Assembly: GCA_963803805.1 (NCBI GenBank)
Contig: CAWDOD010000007.1
Location: forward strand, 174,328 to 238,327
Source of the DNA: an uncultured cyanobacterium
GTDB lineage: Bacteria > Cyanobacteriota > Cyanobacteriia > Cyanobacteriales > CAWCAG01
DNA: 64,000 bases
Direction of reading: 5' to 3'
Program-made: the position numbers and the translations under genes
Notes under the pieces: model-generated
What the model saw: the letters and a program-made list of their open reading frames with translations, nothing else
The model's database searches: none
Told to the model about the DNA's origin: nothing
Shown here: positions 1-9,680 of the stretch, in pieces
How the letters are laid out: each line of letters opens with the position of its first letter
Numbering within the stretch: the stretch's first letter is position 1

Positions 1-557
1 CCTTTAGTACGCTGGTTTGCGGGTAACAAGTCCCCCACAAAGGCGCGGAAGGGTTCCATACTGACATTAGCGGAGGTGTCTAATAGCCAAAGTAGTCCGG
101 CTGCCATCCATAATGTGGAAGAGTGGGGCATTAAAACTAAAGCCAGGGAACTAAAAATTGCTCCGAATAAAAAATAAGGTCTGCGCCTACCCAAAGGGCC
201 CCAGGTATTATCACTCATACTCCCCACAATGGGCTGAATAACCAAACCTGTTATAGGGCCTGCAATCCAAAGGATCGGGATTTGGTGTGCCTCTGCCCCA
301 AGCTGTTCAAAAATGGCACTCATATTGGCCATTTGCAAGCCCCAACCAAATTGAATGCCAAGGAAGCCAAAACTCATATTCCAAAGCTGCCAAAAGTTTA
401 GCTTGGTATCTTCTGTTGCTAATTCAGGGGTTTTTTCTGAGTCTTCTAAAAGATTAAGGTTTCCTTCAATCTCAGTAGTGAGAGTATTTACCTGGTTTAA
501 GATTGGTTCAACGATTTGGCTAACGGACTTCTCGTTCAGTTGTTCTTCGCTGGGCAT
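1..557 (-). CDS. MFS sugar transporter (SLC45/maltose-sucrose type), 5' part; runs off the window edge
   Basis: Manual minus-strand translation from ATG at 557: MPSEEQ...LNFWQLWNMSFGFLGIQFGWGLQMANMSAIFEQLGA...ILWIAGPITGLVIQPIVGSMSDNTWGPLGRRRPYFL. Not in the ORF track because it is truncated. Confidence 0.85.
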   Translation of the reverse strand, partial: MPSEEQLNEKSVSQIVEPILNQVNTLTTEIEGNLNLLEDSEKTPELATEDTKLNFWQLWNMSFGFLGIQFGWGLQMANMSAIFEQLGAEAHQIPILWIAGPITGLVIQPIVGSMSDNTWGPLGRRRPYFLFGAIFSSLALVLMPHSSTLWMAAGLLWLLDTSANVSMEPFRAFVGDLLPANQRTK

Positions 558-898
558 ATGCTAAGGTGATGAGCTACTAAATATTTATAGGTTGCCTTGT
601 TTAGAGCAGTTGACAAGGTTCGTTGTAGTTGTTGTGCTGAGAAGCTTTGAGGTTGATTGCCAAACAACAATTGTCCTCCGTTGAGATGCACCCTTTCTTG
701 TCAGGACTCATAGGTTGTTAGTAAATTAGGAAATATGTTACCTATTATTACATTCAATTCTCAAAGACTCGCGTACTCAGCCTCTTTAAATATCTGTCTC
801 TTGAAATATCTGTAGCCGAGAGCAAGGACAGACGATTGAATTGATTAAAATAGGCTCTAACTTTTTCCTACTACCCACTCCCTTCTCAATTGATAAAT

Positions 899-2752
899 AT
901 GCCAGAATCGACTTCCTTACGCGATCGCTACTTACAACTAATCGACGATATTGTTGATATTACCTTGCAAGGAAAAATCCGCTCCAAAGAGCAAGTATAT
1001 AGAATGCTTGTCAAAGGAATTAGTGGCGGTACGGGGGAAATTTTTGAACGTTGTTTGCAAGAGCGTTTAGAAGCCACAGAAGCCCAGTTAGAGGTTAAGC
1101 TAAAGGCTACCCGCGTTATGAGGGCTTTACAGACGATTCAGGGGCAGTGGGAACGGTGGCAAAAGGAAAATCAAGACCAAGAAGGAGTAAATGCTGCTGT
1201 TAAGCAAATTGCCTCAGCAGAAAGTCAGACGCGGTTACAGGAATTGTTAGCCGTAGTTGATCCTAATCGCAATCAGGTTTTATCTCCAGAACAACTAAAG
1301 CACTTAGCTAAGAATTTGCGACAGGAAGGAGAATCTGAGGTTGAAAGCAGTACAGGGAGAGAATTACAGCAAATAGCTATAGGAATTGAGCGAGGTTTAC
1401 AGAGTTTTTCTAGCTTAGAAGGGCATTTAATTAGTTGGATATATGAACAGAATCGAAGTCAGTTAGGGTTAGGGGATTTTCCCCAACAACGAGGCCCGTG
1501 GGCTTTTTGGAGTCAGAAAGTTACTAGCCCCTTACCCCAAAAGTTGTTTACCACCCTTGCCCACCAAAAATCCTTGGAAGAATTAACTCCTCAATTAAGG
1601 GAAGCGGATTTAGCAGCTTGGGTAGAATTAGCTTTAATGTTGCAATATGTGCAACGGGGTTTAGTTACTTGGTTTGATAAGCAACCCTATGATGGGAAAG
1701 CTGGTAAAAAGATATCTATTTCTACTCTGCTTACCTTTGCTTGGGTTTGGGCGCAATTATCCCAAGGTTTCGATTATGGGGGAGATTTTATCTTTGCTCG
1801 TGCTTCATTTCAAATGATGTTGCAAATTTTGCGTAGCTTTTCTCAACGAGAAGATTTTCCTTTATATGGGGGAATGTTTGCTTCTTTTCAAGGTAGTTAT
1901 CTACAAGAAACTATCAACTACTTAGACCAACCCCTAAAACAAGTAGAAAAGACTCAAGAAAAAGCACGCATCTTAACTTTACTCGGCTATTCTACTGCAA
2001 CTATGGGACGCTATGATAAAGCAGTTGAATTTTATCAAGAAGCCTTAGAAATTGCTCGTCAAGCTAAAGATAGTCCTTGTGAGGTTGCTAACCTGAATCA
2101 TCTTAGTCGCACCTACGTAATCAAGCAAAATTATAGCGAAGCAATTAATTATAGCCAACGGGCTTTAATTATGGCTCGTCAAACAGGGGATCGCTTAGGA
2201 GAAGCTAATGCTTTAGCTAATTTGGGCTATAGTGAAGTCTTCTCGGCCAGACAAATTGAACGCCTTGAACCAGAGGTTTATGAAACTGCCATTAATTATT
2301 TAGAACAGGGTTTAGCCCAATCAGAAAAATTAGGCGACCACCAAAGTCAGGCTCTTTGTTTTAATAGTTTGGGTATTGCCTATGTGGTTTTAGAAAAACC
2401 TGCTACAGCAATTAGTTATTTAGAAAGAGGTATTCAAACCGCCCAAGTTTCTGGTGATTTATATTTACAAGGACTTAATTTCACTTATTTAGCCGAAGCC
2501 CATCATAGTTTACAAGATGCAGGAAATGCTATTTATACAGGCTGTCTTGCTATGTACCTTTTAGAGCAAATTTCTTCACGGGAATGGCGACAAGCAGCAG
2601 GATTAATGACTATTTTACAAGGACATTTAGGAGAAGAAGTTTTTACTGAAAAGTTGGCACAACAACGCTCTAAAATTATTCCCATAATTGGGGTTGATGG
2701 TTATGATTATTTACCAGATTTATTGGTGAAATATAAAGAAGATAGAGACTAG
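899..2752 (+). CDS. Tetratricopeptide repeat protein (conserved cyanobacterial type)
   Basis: C-terminal TPR-like repeats (ARILTLLGYS...AVEFYQEALEIARQ; EANALANLGYS). ATG at 899 preferred over TTG at 890. Confidence 0.8.
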   Translation: MPESTSLRDRYLQLIDDIVDITLQGKIRSKEQVYRMLVKGISGGTGEIFERCLQERLEATEAQLEVKLKATRVMRALQTIQGQWERWQKENQDQEGVNAAVKQIASAESQTRLQELLAVVDPNRNQVLSPEQLKHLAKNLRQEGESEVESSTGRELQQIAIGIERGLQSFSSLEGHLISWIYEQNRSQLGLGDFPQQRGPWAFWSQKVTSPLPQKLFTTLAHQKSLEELTPQLREADLAAWVELALMLQYVQRGLVTWFDKQPYDGKAGKKISISTLLTFAWVWAQLSQGFDYGGDFIFARASFQMMLQILRSFSQREDFPLYGGMFASFQGSYLQETINYLDQPLKQVEKTQEKARILTLLGYSTATMGRYDKAVEFYQEALEIARQAKDSPCEVANLNHLSRTYVIKQNYSEAINYSQRALIMARQTGDRLGEANALANLGYSEVFSARQIERLEPEVYETAINYLEQGLAQSEKLGDHQSQALCFNSLGIAYVVLEKPATAISYLERGIQTAQVSGDLYLQGLNFTYLAEAHHSLQDAGNAIYTGCLAMYLLEQISSREWRQAAGLMTILQGHLGEEVFTEKLAQQRSKIIPIIGVDGYDYLPDLLVKYKEDRD

Positions 2753-2760
2753 AATTAAGT

Positions 2761-2958
2761 AACAAGTAAGCAGAAAAAAAGAAAATCGAAGCCCAAGGTA
2801 TTTCAGACTCTCAAAAAATCATTTCTCAAGGTTGAACGGAGGAAATTTTAAAACTAAAATCTATTGAAGCAACTCAAAAGTTAGCCGAATGTCAAAATAG
2901 TAAAGTTATTATTGTTGGTGGTGGAGAAAATGATTTGCAATTAACTTTACCAGAATAA
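2761..2958 (+). pseudogene. 3' remnant of a prohibitin/SPFH (band 7) gene
   Basis: In-frame AEKKKIEAQGISDSQKIISQG*TEEILKLKSIEATQKLAECQNSKVIIVGGGEND resembles the prohibitin C-terminus. Internal TGA at 2833 and no start codon. Confidence 0.6.
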
Positions 2959-2980
2959 TAGTTACTTAGTAGTAATAAAG

Positions 2981-3691
2981 ATGGCTGATATCATTGACTA
3001 TAAAATTTACGGCGACTCCTTGCAATTAGTAGAAATTGAACTTGATCCTGGTGAAGGAGTTCAAGCAGAAGTGGGTACTATGACCTATATGGAAGATGGT
3101 ATCCAAATGCAAACCTCCACAGGCGGGGGTTTGTTCTCTGGTTTTAAACGGATGATTACTGGAGAAAGTTTCTTTATTACTACCTTCGCTAATGGAGGGA
3201 GAGGTAAAGCCAGGGTGGGTTTTTCTGCCACTTGTCCAGGGCAAATTATTCCCCTTGATTTAGGTAGGTTGGGAGGAAGATTTTTGTGTCAAAAAGATGC
3301 TTTTCTTTGTGCTGCTAACGGCACAGATATTAACGTTGCTTTTACTAAGCGTCTTGGTACAGGTTTCTTTGGTGGTGAAGGTTTTATCTTACAAGAATTA
3401 AGGGGAGATGGCTTGGCATTTGTCCATGCTGGGGGGGCAATTATTGAAAAGAATCTTGTCCCAGGACAATCTTTACGGGTAGATACTGGTTGTTTAGTGG
3501 CTTTTGCACCTTCTGTTAACTACGATATTCAATTTGTCGGTGGTTTTCGCAATGCTTTATTTGGGGGAGAAGGTTTGTTTTTAGCTAGGCTACAAGGGCC
3601 AGGTACTGTTTATTTACAAAGTTTACCTTTCTCACGCTTAGCAGAAAGAATTACCTCAACAATGACTATTCCTACTGTTAGTAATGAGTAG
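2981..3691 (+). CDS. TIGR00266/AIM24 family protein
   Basis: Motifs [53 protein letters not shown]. Confidence 0.9.
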   Translation: MADIIDYKIYGDSLQLVEIELDPGEGVQAEVGTMTYMEDGIQMQTSTGGGLFSGFKRMITGESFFITTFANGGRGKARVGFSATCPGQIIPLDLGRLGGRFLCQKDAFLCAANGTDINVAFTKRLGTGFFGGEGFILQELRGDGLAFVHAGGAIIEKNLVPGQSLRVDTGCLVAFAPSVNYDIQFVGGFRNALFGGEGLFLARLQGPGTVYLQSLPFSRLAERITSTMTIPTVSNE

Positions 3692-3747
3692 GGAGATGGG
3701 GGAAAGCAATAAGTAAAGAACATACTGTTTACTTTCCCTCTGACTCA

Positions 3748-4668
3748 TTAATTCCGATGATTATCCTCAATATGAACCCTCGTATTTGCCCACATCAACT
3801 TCTCCCTAATAATTTGATAAAAAGAATAATTTTCCCGTAAAACAATAAAGTGACTGCGACAATCTGCCATACGTACTGCAACCCTTTGTCCCGGCAAAAT
3901 TCTGGTTGCTAAAGCCCCATCTGTCCAGAGAGTATTATTAAGTTCATAACTTCCTAATGGCCAAATATCGACAACACAACCGGGGGGAAGGACTAAGGTA
4001 CGACTAGAAAGACTGAGAGGACAAATAGGTGTTACTGCGATCGCCTCCATACCAGAATGGAGAATTGGACCATTAGCAGAAACAGTATATCCTGTAGAAC
4101 CTGTTGGAGTAGAAACAATCAAGCCATCGCCGTGATATTGATCAACAATTTCTCCATCTACTTCCATCTCTAAAATTGAAGTGTGCATTCTATCAATACT
4201 TGCGGGTTTAACGCACATTTCATTAAGGGCTAAGAAGCGATCGCTAACAGGTTCGAGGTTGTGGCGATTGCCTTCAAATATCTGTGCTTGTAGCATCATA
4301 CGGCGTTGTACCGCATAGAGGTCTTTTTTTAAACGAGTCCAAACTTCTTCTGTATCTTTAAATAATTCAAAAGATTCTGAGAGAAACCCTAAATGCCCTC
4401 CCACATTGACCCCTAAAATAGGAATACCTTCCGGGGCTAAATGTCTTGCCGCAGAAAGGATTGTCCCATCTCCACCCAAAACTACTGCCAGGTCAATTTT
4501 GCTACTAGAAGAAGCAAGAAATACTGGGTAAGGATTATCTTGAACACCGCTTGGTCCTAATAAAACGTGGCATTGACGTTGTTCCAACTGACGAGCGCAT
4601 TTTTCAGCCCAAGAGCGACTTTGAGAGTCTCCTGCTTTATGGGCAATAATAACTTGTTTGAGCTGCAC
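3748..4668 (-). CDS. nadK: NAD(+) kinase
   Basis: GGDGT motif, GHLGFL, ALNE, GDGLIVSTPTGSTGY. Confidence 0.95.
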   Translation of the reverse strand: MQLKQVIIAHKAGDSQSRSWAEKCARQLEQRQCHVLLGPSGVQDNPYPVFLASSSSKIDLAVVLGGDGTILSAARHLAPEGIPILGVNVGGHLGFLSESFELFKDTEEVWTRLKKDLYAVQRRMMLQAQIFEGNRHNLEPVSDRFLALNEMCVKPASIDRMHTSILEMEVDGEIVDQYHGDGLIVSTPTGSTGYTVSANGPILHSGMEAIAVTPICPLSLSSRTLVLPPGCVVDIWPLGSYELNNTLWTDGALATRILPGQRVAVRMADCRSHFIVLRENYSFYQIIREKLMWANTRVHIEDNHRN

Positions 4669-4726
4669 AGTAGCTCCTTTTGAAGGTAATTATCCATTAT
4701 CCATTATTAATTACTAAAAACCGTTT

Positions 4727-5371
4727 CTATGTTTCAAGCTCAATACTCTGAATACTTTTTTCAAAATCTGGCAACCGCTGCTCAAATTCTTCAGCAGTGG
4801 TAGAGTAAGTGACTAACCAAAAAGTTTCGCCATCTTGTAAGACATAAAATAATTGTTTAATTTGCGTACCATTCTTCTGTGCCTCAGCTAAGATTCGTCC
4901 TGCTTTATGTCCATCAATAGCAGTTATTCTTTCTTCTTGAATTTCGTATGCTGGGGTAATTTGTTCTTTAGCAATTTCTAGGTAATCTTGTACGGTAAGT
5001 TCTTCATCTAACTTCTCTGGACGAACATTGATACTTGTAACTCCCTGTCTAGGGGTTGAGCGAGTATCAAACGCTAAAAGAGCTACTGCCCCAGGGTTTT
5101 GTTTGAGGAGTTCAAGGTTATTTTGAGAATCAGGGGCGACGGTTTTCAGTTGTTCTTCTAAGACATTAATATCGGTACTAGGATTACCCCCTTCAAAGCT
5201 AGGAGGTAAGTTTAAAGTAATACCTTCACCTTGAACTTTTTTCCAATTTGTTTGCGTCCTTTGGTCAGAGGAGTTAACTTCCTGTTGTTTCGTCACCTCC
5301 GCCTCACCACAAGCGAAAATGCTACCACTCAAAAACAAAAAGATGAAAGCAGACTGAATTCTAAACATCAT
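4727..5371 (-). CDS. Putative lipoprotein, PsbP/DcrB-like fold
   Basis: Lipobox-like IFAC after a hydrophobic stretch; WKKVQGEGITLNLP and C-terminal FEKSIQSI pattern. Confidence 0.55.
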   Translation of the reverse strand: MMFRIQSAFIFLFLSGSIFACGEAEVTKQQEVNSSDQRTQTNWKKVQGEGITLNLPPSFEGGNPSTDINVLEEQLKTVAPDSQNNLELLKQNPGAVALLAFDTRSTPRQGVTSINVRPEKLDEELTVQDYLEIAKEQITPAYEIQEERITAIDGHKAGRILAEAQKNGTQIKQLFYVLQDGETFWLVTYSTTAEEFEQRLPDFEKSIQSIELET

Positions 5372-5722
5372 TAGATGAAGGTTTCCTAACTATGTTCTTA
5401 AGTCTATACGAACTTATACTGATAGGATACCCAGTTACTGACTATTTTGCATAAATAATATCCGTATCTTGCATCAAAGAATACTTAGGCTAACTTACTA
5501 ATAAACCCCTGACCTCTGAATTGACACACCACTAGGTAAACAGAGACGGCGGGGAAGCAGTAAGCAGCAAGTTTTGAACATACTTAATACCTAACGGCAA
5601 CGCTTCGCGCTCACAAACCGTCTTCGCTGCGGAGAACCCTGTTTCCCTATTTCCTAGTTTGATAATATGTAGTTTAAAGGCACATCTTAATAAATGTGTT
5701 CATAAAAAATTGACAGGTAGAG

Positions 5723-7237
5723 ATGACTAAGGGGAAAAGTAAAATAGCAACTCAATCCTGGCAACCGGTGGATCGGCTATCGGTAATACTCATCTCGATC
5801 CTCAGTGTAACTATTGCCATCTTGCTTTTGGTTGTTAGTCCAGTCGGACCAAAAGTTAGGGATTTTAGTTGGCAAGAACAGACAATTGGCGCAGAAGATA
5901 GGGCTTTTATTGTCACTTTTAATAGCCCTATGAAACGCGAGAGTGTGGAGAATAATCTTAAAATAGCTCCACCTTTACCCGGCAAAATTAGCTGGTCTGG
6001 CCGCCGCTTAGCCTATACCTTAGAAAATCCTGCTACCTATGGTCTTGATTATGAAGTAACGATCAAAGGCGCTAGAGAAAAAATTGGGAGCAAAGATAGT
6101 CAAGGAAAAGCCTTGCAACCATTCACTGGGCAATTCAAGAGTAGAAATCGTGCTTTTGCTTATATTGGTGTCGAAGGAGAAGAGAAAGGTAAGTTAATTC
6201 TCTATAATCTTACGGGCCGCCAACAAAGTATTCTTACTCCTGGTGACTTGATAGTTACAGATTTCCAGCCCTATCCCCAAGGAGATCGCATTTTATTTGC
6301 TGCTGAAGAGTCAAAAGATTGGTCTAAAGGATTGAATAAGCAACAACTCTATTCTGTGGCTACGGGCATACAATCTCAAGATGGAGAAGAATTAGCCCCA
6401 GGAGAAAACTTGCAAGTGGTTTTGGATAGTAAGAATTATCAAAACTTGCAATTTGCTATTTCTCAAGATGGGGAAATAGTTATTGTTAAAAGATTGAGTT
6501 GGCGTAATAAAAGTGATCAAGATTTATGGGTGATTAAAGGGGAACAAGAAGCAAAACCTTTGAAGCAAGAATTAACTGGGGATTTCGTCATTACTCCTGA
6601 TAGTCAAGCAGTGGTTGTTCCCACCGGAAAAGATGGTAAAGGTGTGGGGGTTATACCTTTAGAAGCTGAGACTGAAACTATTGAATTTTTACCTAAATTT
6701 GGTCAAGTATTGAGTTTTGCGAGCGATGGCACAGCCGCAGCGATGGTAGATTTTAATAGCGATGATCCAGAATTGCGTTATGCGCGATCGCTGTTTTTAG
6801 TCACTAACCAAGGGCTACAAAAAAAACTCCTTGATGTCAAGGGTTCTTTGATTGATTGTGCTTTCGATGCTAACCGCAAAAATCTCTATTGTCTCCTCAG
6901 TGAGTTGAAAGAAGAGGAAGGATATCAAGAACAACCTTACTTAGCCAAGTTTGATTTAGAAGATACCGAAAATCCTACGGTTACGCCCCTAGCTTTGTTG
7001 CCAGAACAACTAGATGTACAAATGAGTTTAGCCCCCGATGGCTTAGGAATTTTGGTAGATCAGGTTATACCCACAGAAACAGATTCTCCTGAAGCATTGA
7101 GAAGCGATTCTGGGCAACCGATAGCTACCAGTCGCCTTTGGTTATTGTTGCTTCCTACTCCAGGGGCTGAATCCCCTAAACCTCCTGCTTTAGAAGAGTT
7201 GCCTTTACCAGGTTTCAAGCCCCAGTGGATGCCTTGA
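5723..7237 (+). CDS. Membrane-anchored Ig-like (Big_5/SbsA-type) domain protein with TolB-like propeller region
   Basis: N-terminal TM helix; TFNSPMKRESVENNLKIAPPLPGKISWSGRRLAYT Ig-like segment; repeated S.DG propeller motifs. Confidence 0.7.
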   Translation: MTKGKSKIATQSWQPVDRLSVILISILSVTIAILLLVVSPVGPKVRDFSWQEQTIGAEDRAFIVTFNSPMKRESVENNLKIAPPLPGKISWSGRRLAYTLENPATYGLDYEVTIKGAREKIGSKDSQGKALQPFTGQFKSRNRAFAYIGVEGEEKGKLILYNLTGRQQSILTPGDLIVTDFQPYPQGDRILFAAEESKDWSKGLNKQQLYSVATGIQSQDGEELAPGENLQVVLDSKNYQNLQFAISQDGEIVIVKRLSWRNKSDQDLWVIKGEQEAKPLKQELTGDFVITPDSQAVVVPTGKDGKGVGVIPLEAETETIEFLPKFGQVLSFASDGTAAAMVDFNSDDPELRYARSLFLVTNQGLQKKLLDVKGSLIDCAFDANRKNLYCLLSELKEEEGYQEQPYLAKFDLEDTENPTVTPLALLPEQLDVQMSLAPDGLGILVDQVIPTETDSPEALRSDSGQPIATSRLWLLLLPTPGAESPKPPALEELPLPGFKPQWMP

Positions 7238-7377
7238 CATTGAACATTAAACATTGTTGGCGTTAGCCTTGCCACTAGGCTGCATTAAATATTTTTTCTA
7301 TTCAAAAGCTAACAGCTATAGGCGTTTCGCGCAGCGTTGCCGCAGGCTAGCCTTGTCGTAAGACTAAGCTAAAATCA

Positions 7378-8389
7378 ACGTGAGTTCGACGGAGGAAAAA
7401 GAGAGAAAAGAAAAGCATCAGAGGTATGCTGAAAATGAATCTTAATCAGAATCTGATGCTATGTCCAATATTGTATCTCGTCTCGATATCACCCAAATAT
7501 TCTGTCAGGTAGATGACTTTTATCAAAGGTTTGAGAGGCATTGGCAACAACAGCCAATGTTAACAGCAACTTGTGGAGAGCGTCTATGTCGCTCCCGCCT
7601 AAGCCTAAGCGAAGTGATGACCATTGTCATTGCCTTTCATGGTTCGGGATTTCGCACTTTTAAAGAATTTTACACTCTACAAGTCTTGCCTTACTGGAAG
7701 AAAGCTTTTCCCAACTTGGTCAGTTACACTCGATTCGTAGAGCTAATGCCGTGGAGCTTAATGCTTCTTTGCTGTTTTCTACATACTCTTCGAGGAGAAA
7801 TTACCGGCATCAGCTTTATTGATTCTACCCCCATTGAGGTCTGCCACCCGAATCGCTCCAAAAGCCACCGTGTTTTTGAAGGTTTGGTAGGTTGGGGCAA
7901 AAATGCTATGGGATGGCATTATGGCTTCAAGCTACATCTAATTATTAATGACAAAGGTGAGCTGCTTGCTTTCAAACTTACAGAGGGTAATACTGATGAC
8001 CGTAACCCTGTGCCAGATATGGCTGATGGCTTGATTGGTAAGTTATTTGGCGACCGAGGTTATATTTCTCAGGATTTGTTTGAGAAACTCTATGAACAAA
8101 GACTACAACTGATTACACACCGCAAGAAAAATATGAAGCCGAAGTTAATGCGTCTTCAGGATAAGATTCTCCTACGTAAGCGTTCTCTGATTGAGACTGT
8201 TAATGACCAGCTCAAGAATATCTGTCAGATTCAGCATTCAAGACACCGTAGCGTTTGGAATTTTTTGGTTAATCTCTTAGCTGGTCTAATCGCTTATACT
8301 TTCTTGCCCAAAAAGCCTTCCCTTGACCTTGACCCCAAAGGCCTAGCTGAACTTCCTTCTGCTGTTTTTTAACTTCATCGAACTCACGT
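7378..8389 (+). mobile_element. IS982-family insertion sequence, apparently intact (1012 bp)
   Basis: Terminal IRs ACGTGAGTTCGA (7378) / TCGAACTCACGT (8389), flanked by an identical 8-bp direct repeat TAAAATCA at 7370-7377 and 8390-8397. Confidence 0.92.
7461..8372 (+). CDS. IS982-family DDE transposase
   Basis: FIDSTPIEVC, WHYGFKLHL, LFGDRGYISQ, RSLIETVNDQLKN, HSRHRS motifs. Confidence 0.95.
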   Translation: MSNIVSRLDITQIFCQVDDFYQRFERHWQQQPMLTATCGERLCRSRLSLSEVMTIVIAFHGSGFRTFKEFYTLQVLPYWKKAFPNLVSYTRFVELMPWSLMLLCCFLHTLRGEITGISFIDSTPIEVCHPNRSKSHRVFEGLVGWGKNAMGWHYGFKLHLIINDKGELLAFKLTEGNTDDRNPVPDMADGLIGKLFGDRGYISQDLFEKLYEQRLQLITHRKKNMKPKLMRLQDKILLRKRSLIETVNDQLKNICQIQHSRHRSVWNFLVNLLAGLIAYTFLPKKPSLDLDPKGLAELPSAVF

Positions 8390-8568
8390 TAAAATCAGAA
8401 AATTTTGAATACTTCATTAATTGGAATACTTTTTAATTGGAATACTTTTACTGTTTACTGTATTCGCTTGGTGGGTATTTTTTTTTGGGCTTTTGATTGG
8501 CTGTAAGCGGAATCAGCTTAATTGAGGTTGTATAAACACTTAAACCACAAAGTATAACCACACAAAAT

Positions 8569-9606
8569 ATGCTGATAGCAAAGTCAACTAGTAAGACTGT
8601 TTTAATACTGAGTATATTAATACTTACCGCTTGTGCAGGAGAAGCAAATCAAGGGACTAAATCTGAGTTAGAAAAATCTTTCCAAGAATTGTGTCTCCAA
8701 AAAGCCAACTTATCAACCGAAGTAAGTAAGACTATAGATGCACTACTAGAAGAAGCCGGGACAACTGATTGTGAAGCAGCTAACGCAGAGTTGTTAAGTC
8801 GCACACAGCTTAGCCTCTTTGATAAGGAAATTACAGATATTAGCCCAATAGCTGGGTTTACCAATCTAGAGGGACTTATCTTAGACAAAAATCAGGTCAA
8901 GGATATTACTCCTTTAACCAAACTGACTAACTTAGATTCTCTTACCCTCGCCAGCAACCAAATCGTAGATATTACCCCTCTAGCTGGACTGACTAATCTA
9001 GAAGGCCTTGCTCTTAACAATAACCAAATCGTAGATGTTACTCCTCTAGCTGGACTCACCAATCTAGAGATTCTTACTCTCAACGATAACCAAATCAACG
9101 ATCTTACCCCTCTAATCGGACTCACAAATCTAGAAGACATTACCCTAGACAACAACCAAATCAGTGATGTTGCTTCTCTAGCTGGACTGACTAATCTAGA
9201 CGGCCTTACTCTATATAACAACCAAATTACTGATGTTACTCCTCTAGCTAAACTTACAAAATTACAGTACCTTGACCTCCACAAAAACCAAATTACTGAT
9301 ATTACCCCGATAGCCAAACTTACACAACTAGACTCCCTTAGCCTGGACAACAACCAAATTGTCGATGTTACTCCTTTAGCTGGACTTACAAATTTACAGT
9401 ACCTTACCCTCACGGACAACCAAATCGCTGATGTTACCTCAATAGCGAGACTCACCAATTTAGACTCCCTTTACCTCAGCGACAATCAAATCACAACAGT
9501 CGATTCTCTATCAGGATTAACAAAGCTAAGTTGGCTTGCTCTTGAGGGAAATCCTCTTACACAAGAAACTTGCCCAGTAGATGAATCTATTTGTCATTTT
9601 GATTGA
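8569..9606 (+). CDS. Internalin-like leucine-rich repeat lipoprotein
   Basis: Lipobox LTAC; 22-aa LRRs of the form L..LTNL..L.L..NQI.D.TP; Cys-containing N- and C-caps. Confidence 0.9.
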   Translation: MLIAKSTSKTVLILSILILTACAGEANQGTKSELEKSFQELCLQKANLSTEVSKTIDALLEEAGTTDCEAANAELLSRTQLSLFDKEITDISPIAGFTNLEGLILDKNQVKDITPLTKLTNLDSLTLASNQIVDITPLAGLTNLEGLALNNNQIVDVTPLAGLTNLEILTLNDNQINDLTPLIGLTNLEDITLDNNQISDVASLAGLTNLDGLTLYNNQITDVTPLAKLTKLQYLDLHKNQITDITPIAKLTQLDSLSLDNNQIVDVTPLAGLTNLQYLTLTDNQIADVTSIARLTNLDSLYLSDNQITTVDSLSGLTKLSWLALEGNPLTQETCPVDESICHFD

Positions 9607-9680
9607 TCATGAGCGGAATTAGCTTGATGGAAACTGTAGAAATACTTACACGATGAAGCAATAACCGCAAACATACACTA

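Noticed and set aside
355-564. 69-aa plus-strand ORF
   Set aside because: Antisense shadow of the minus-strand MFS transporter.
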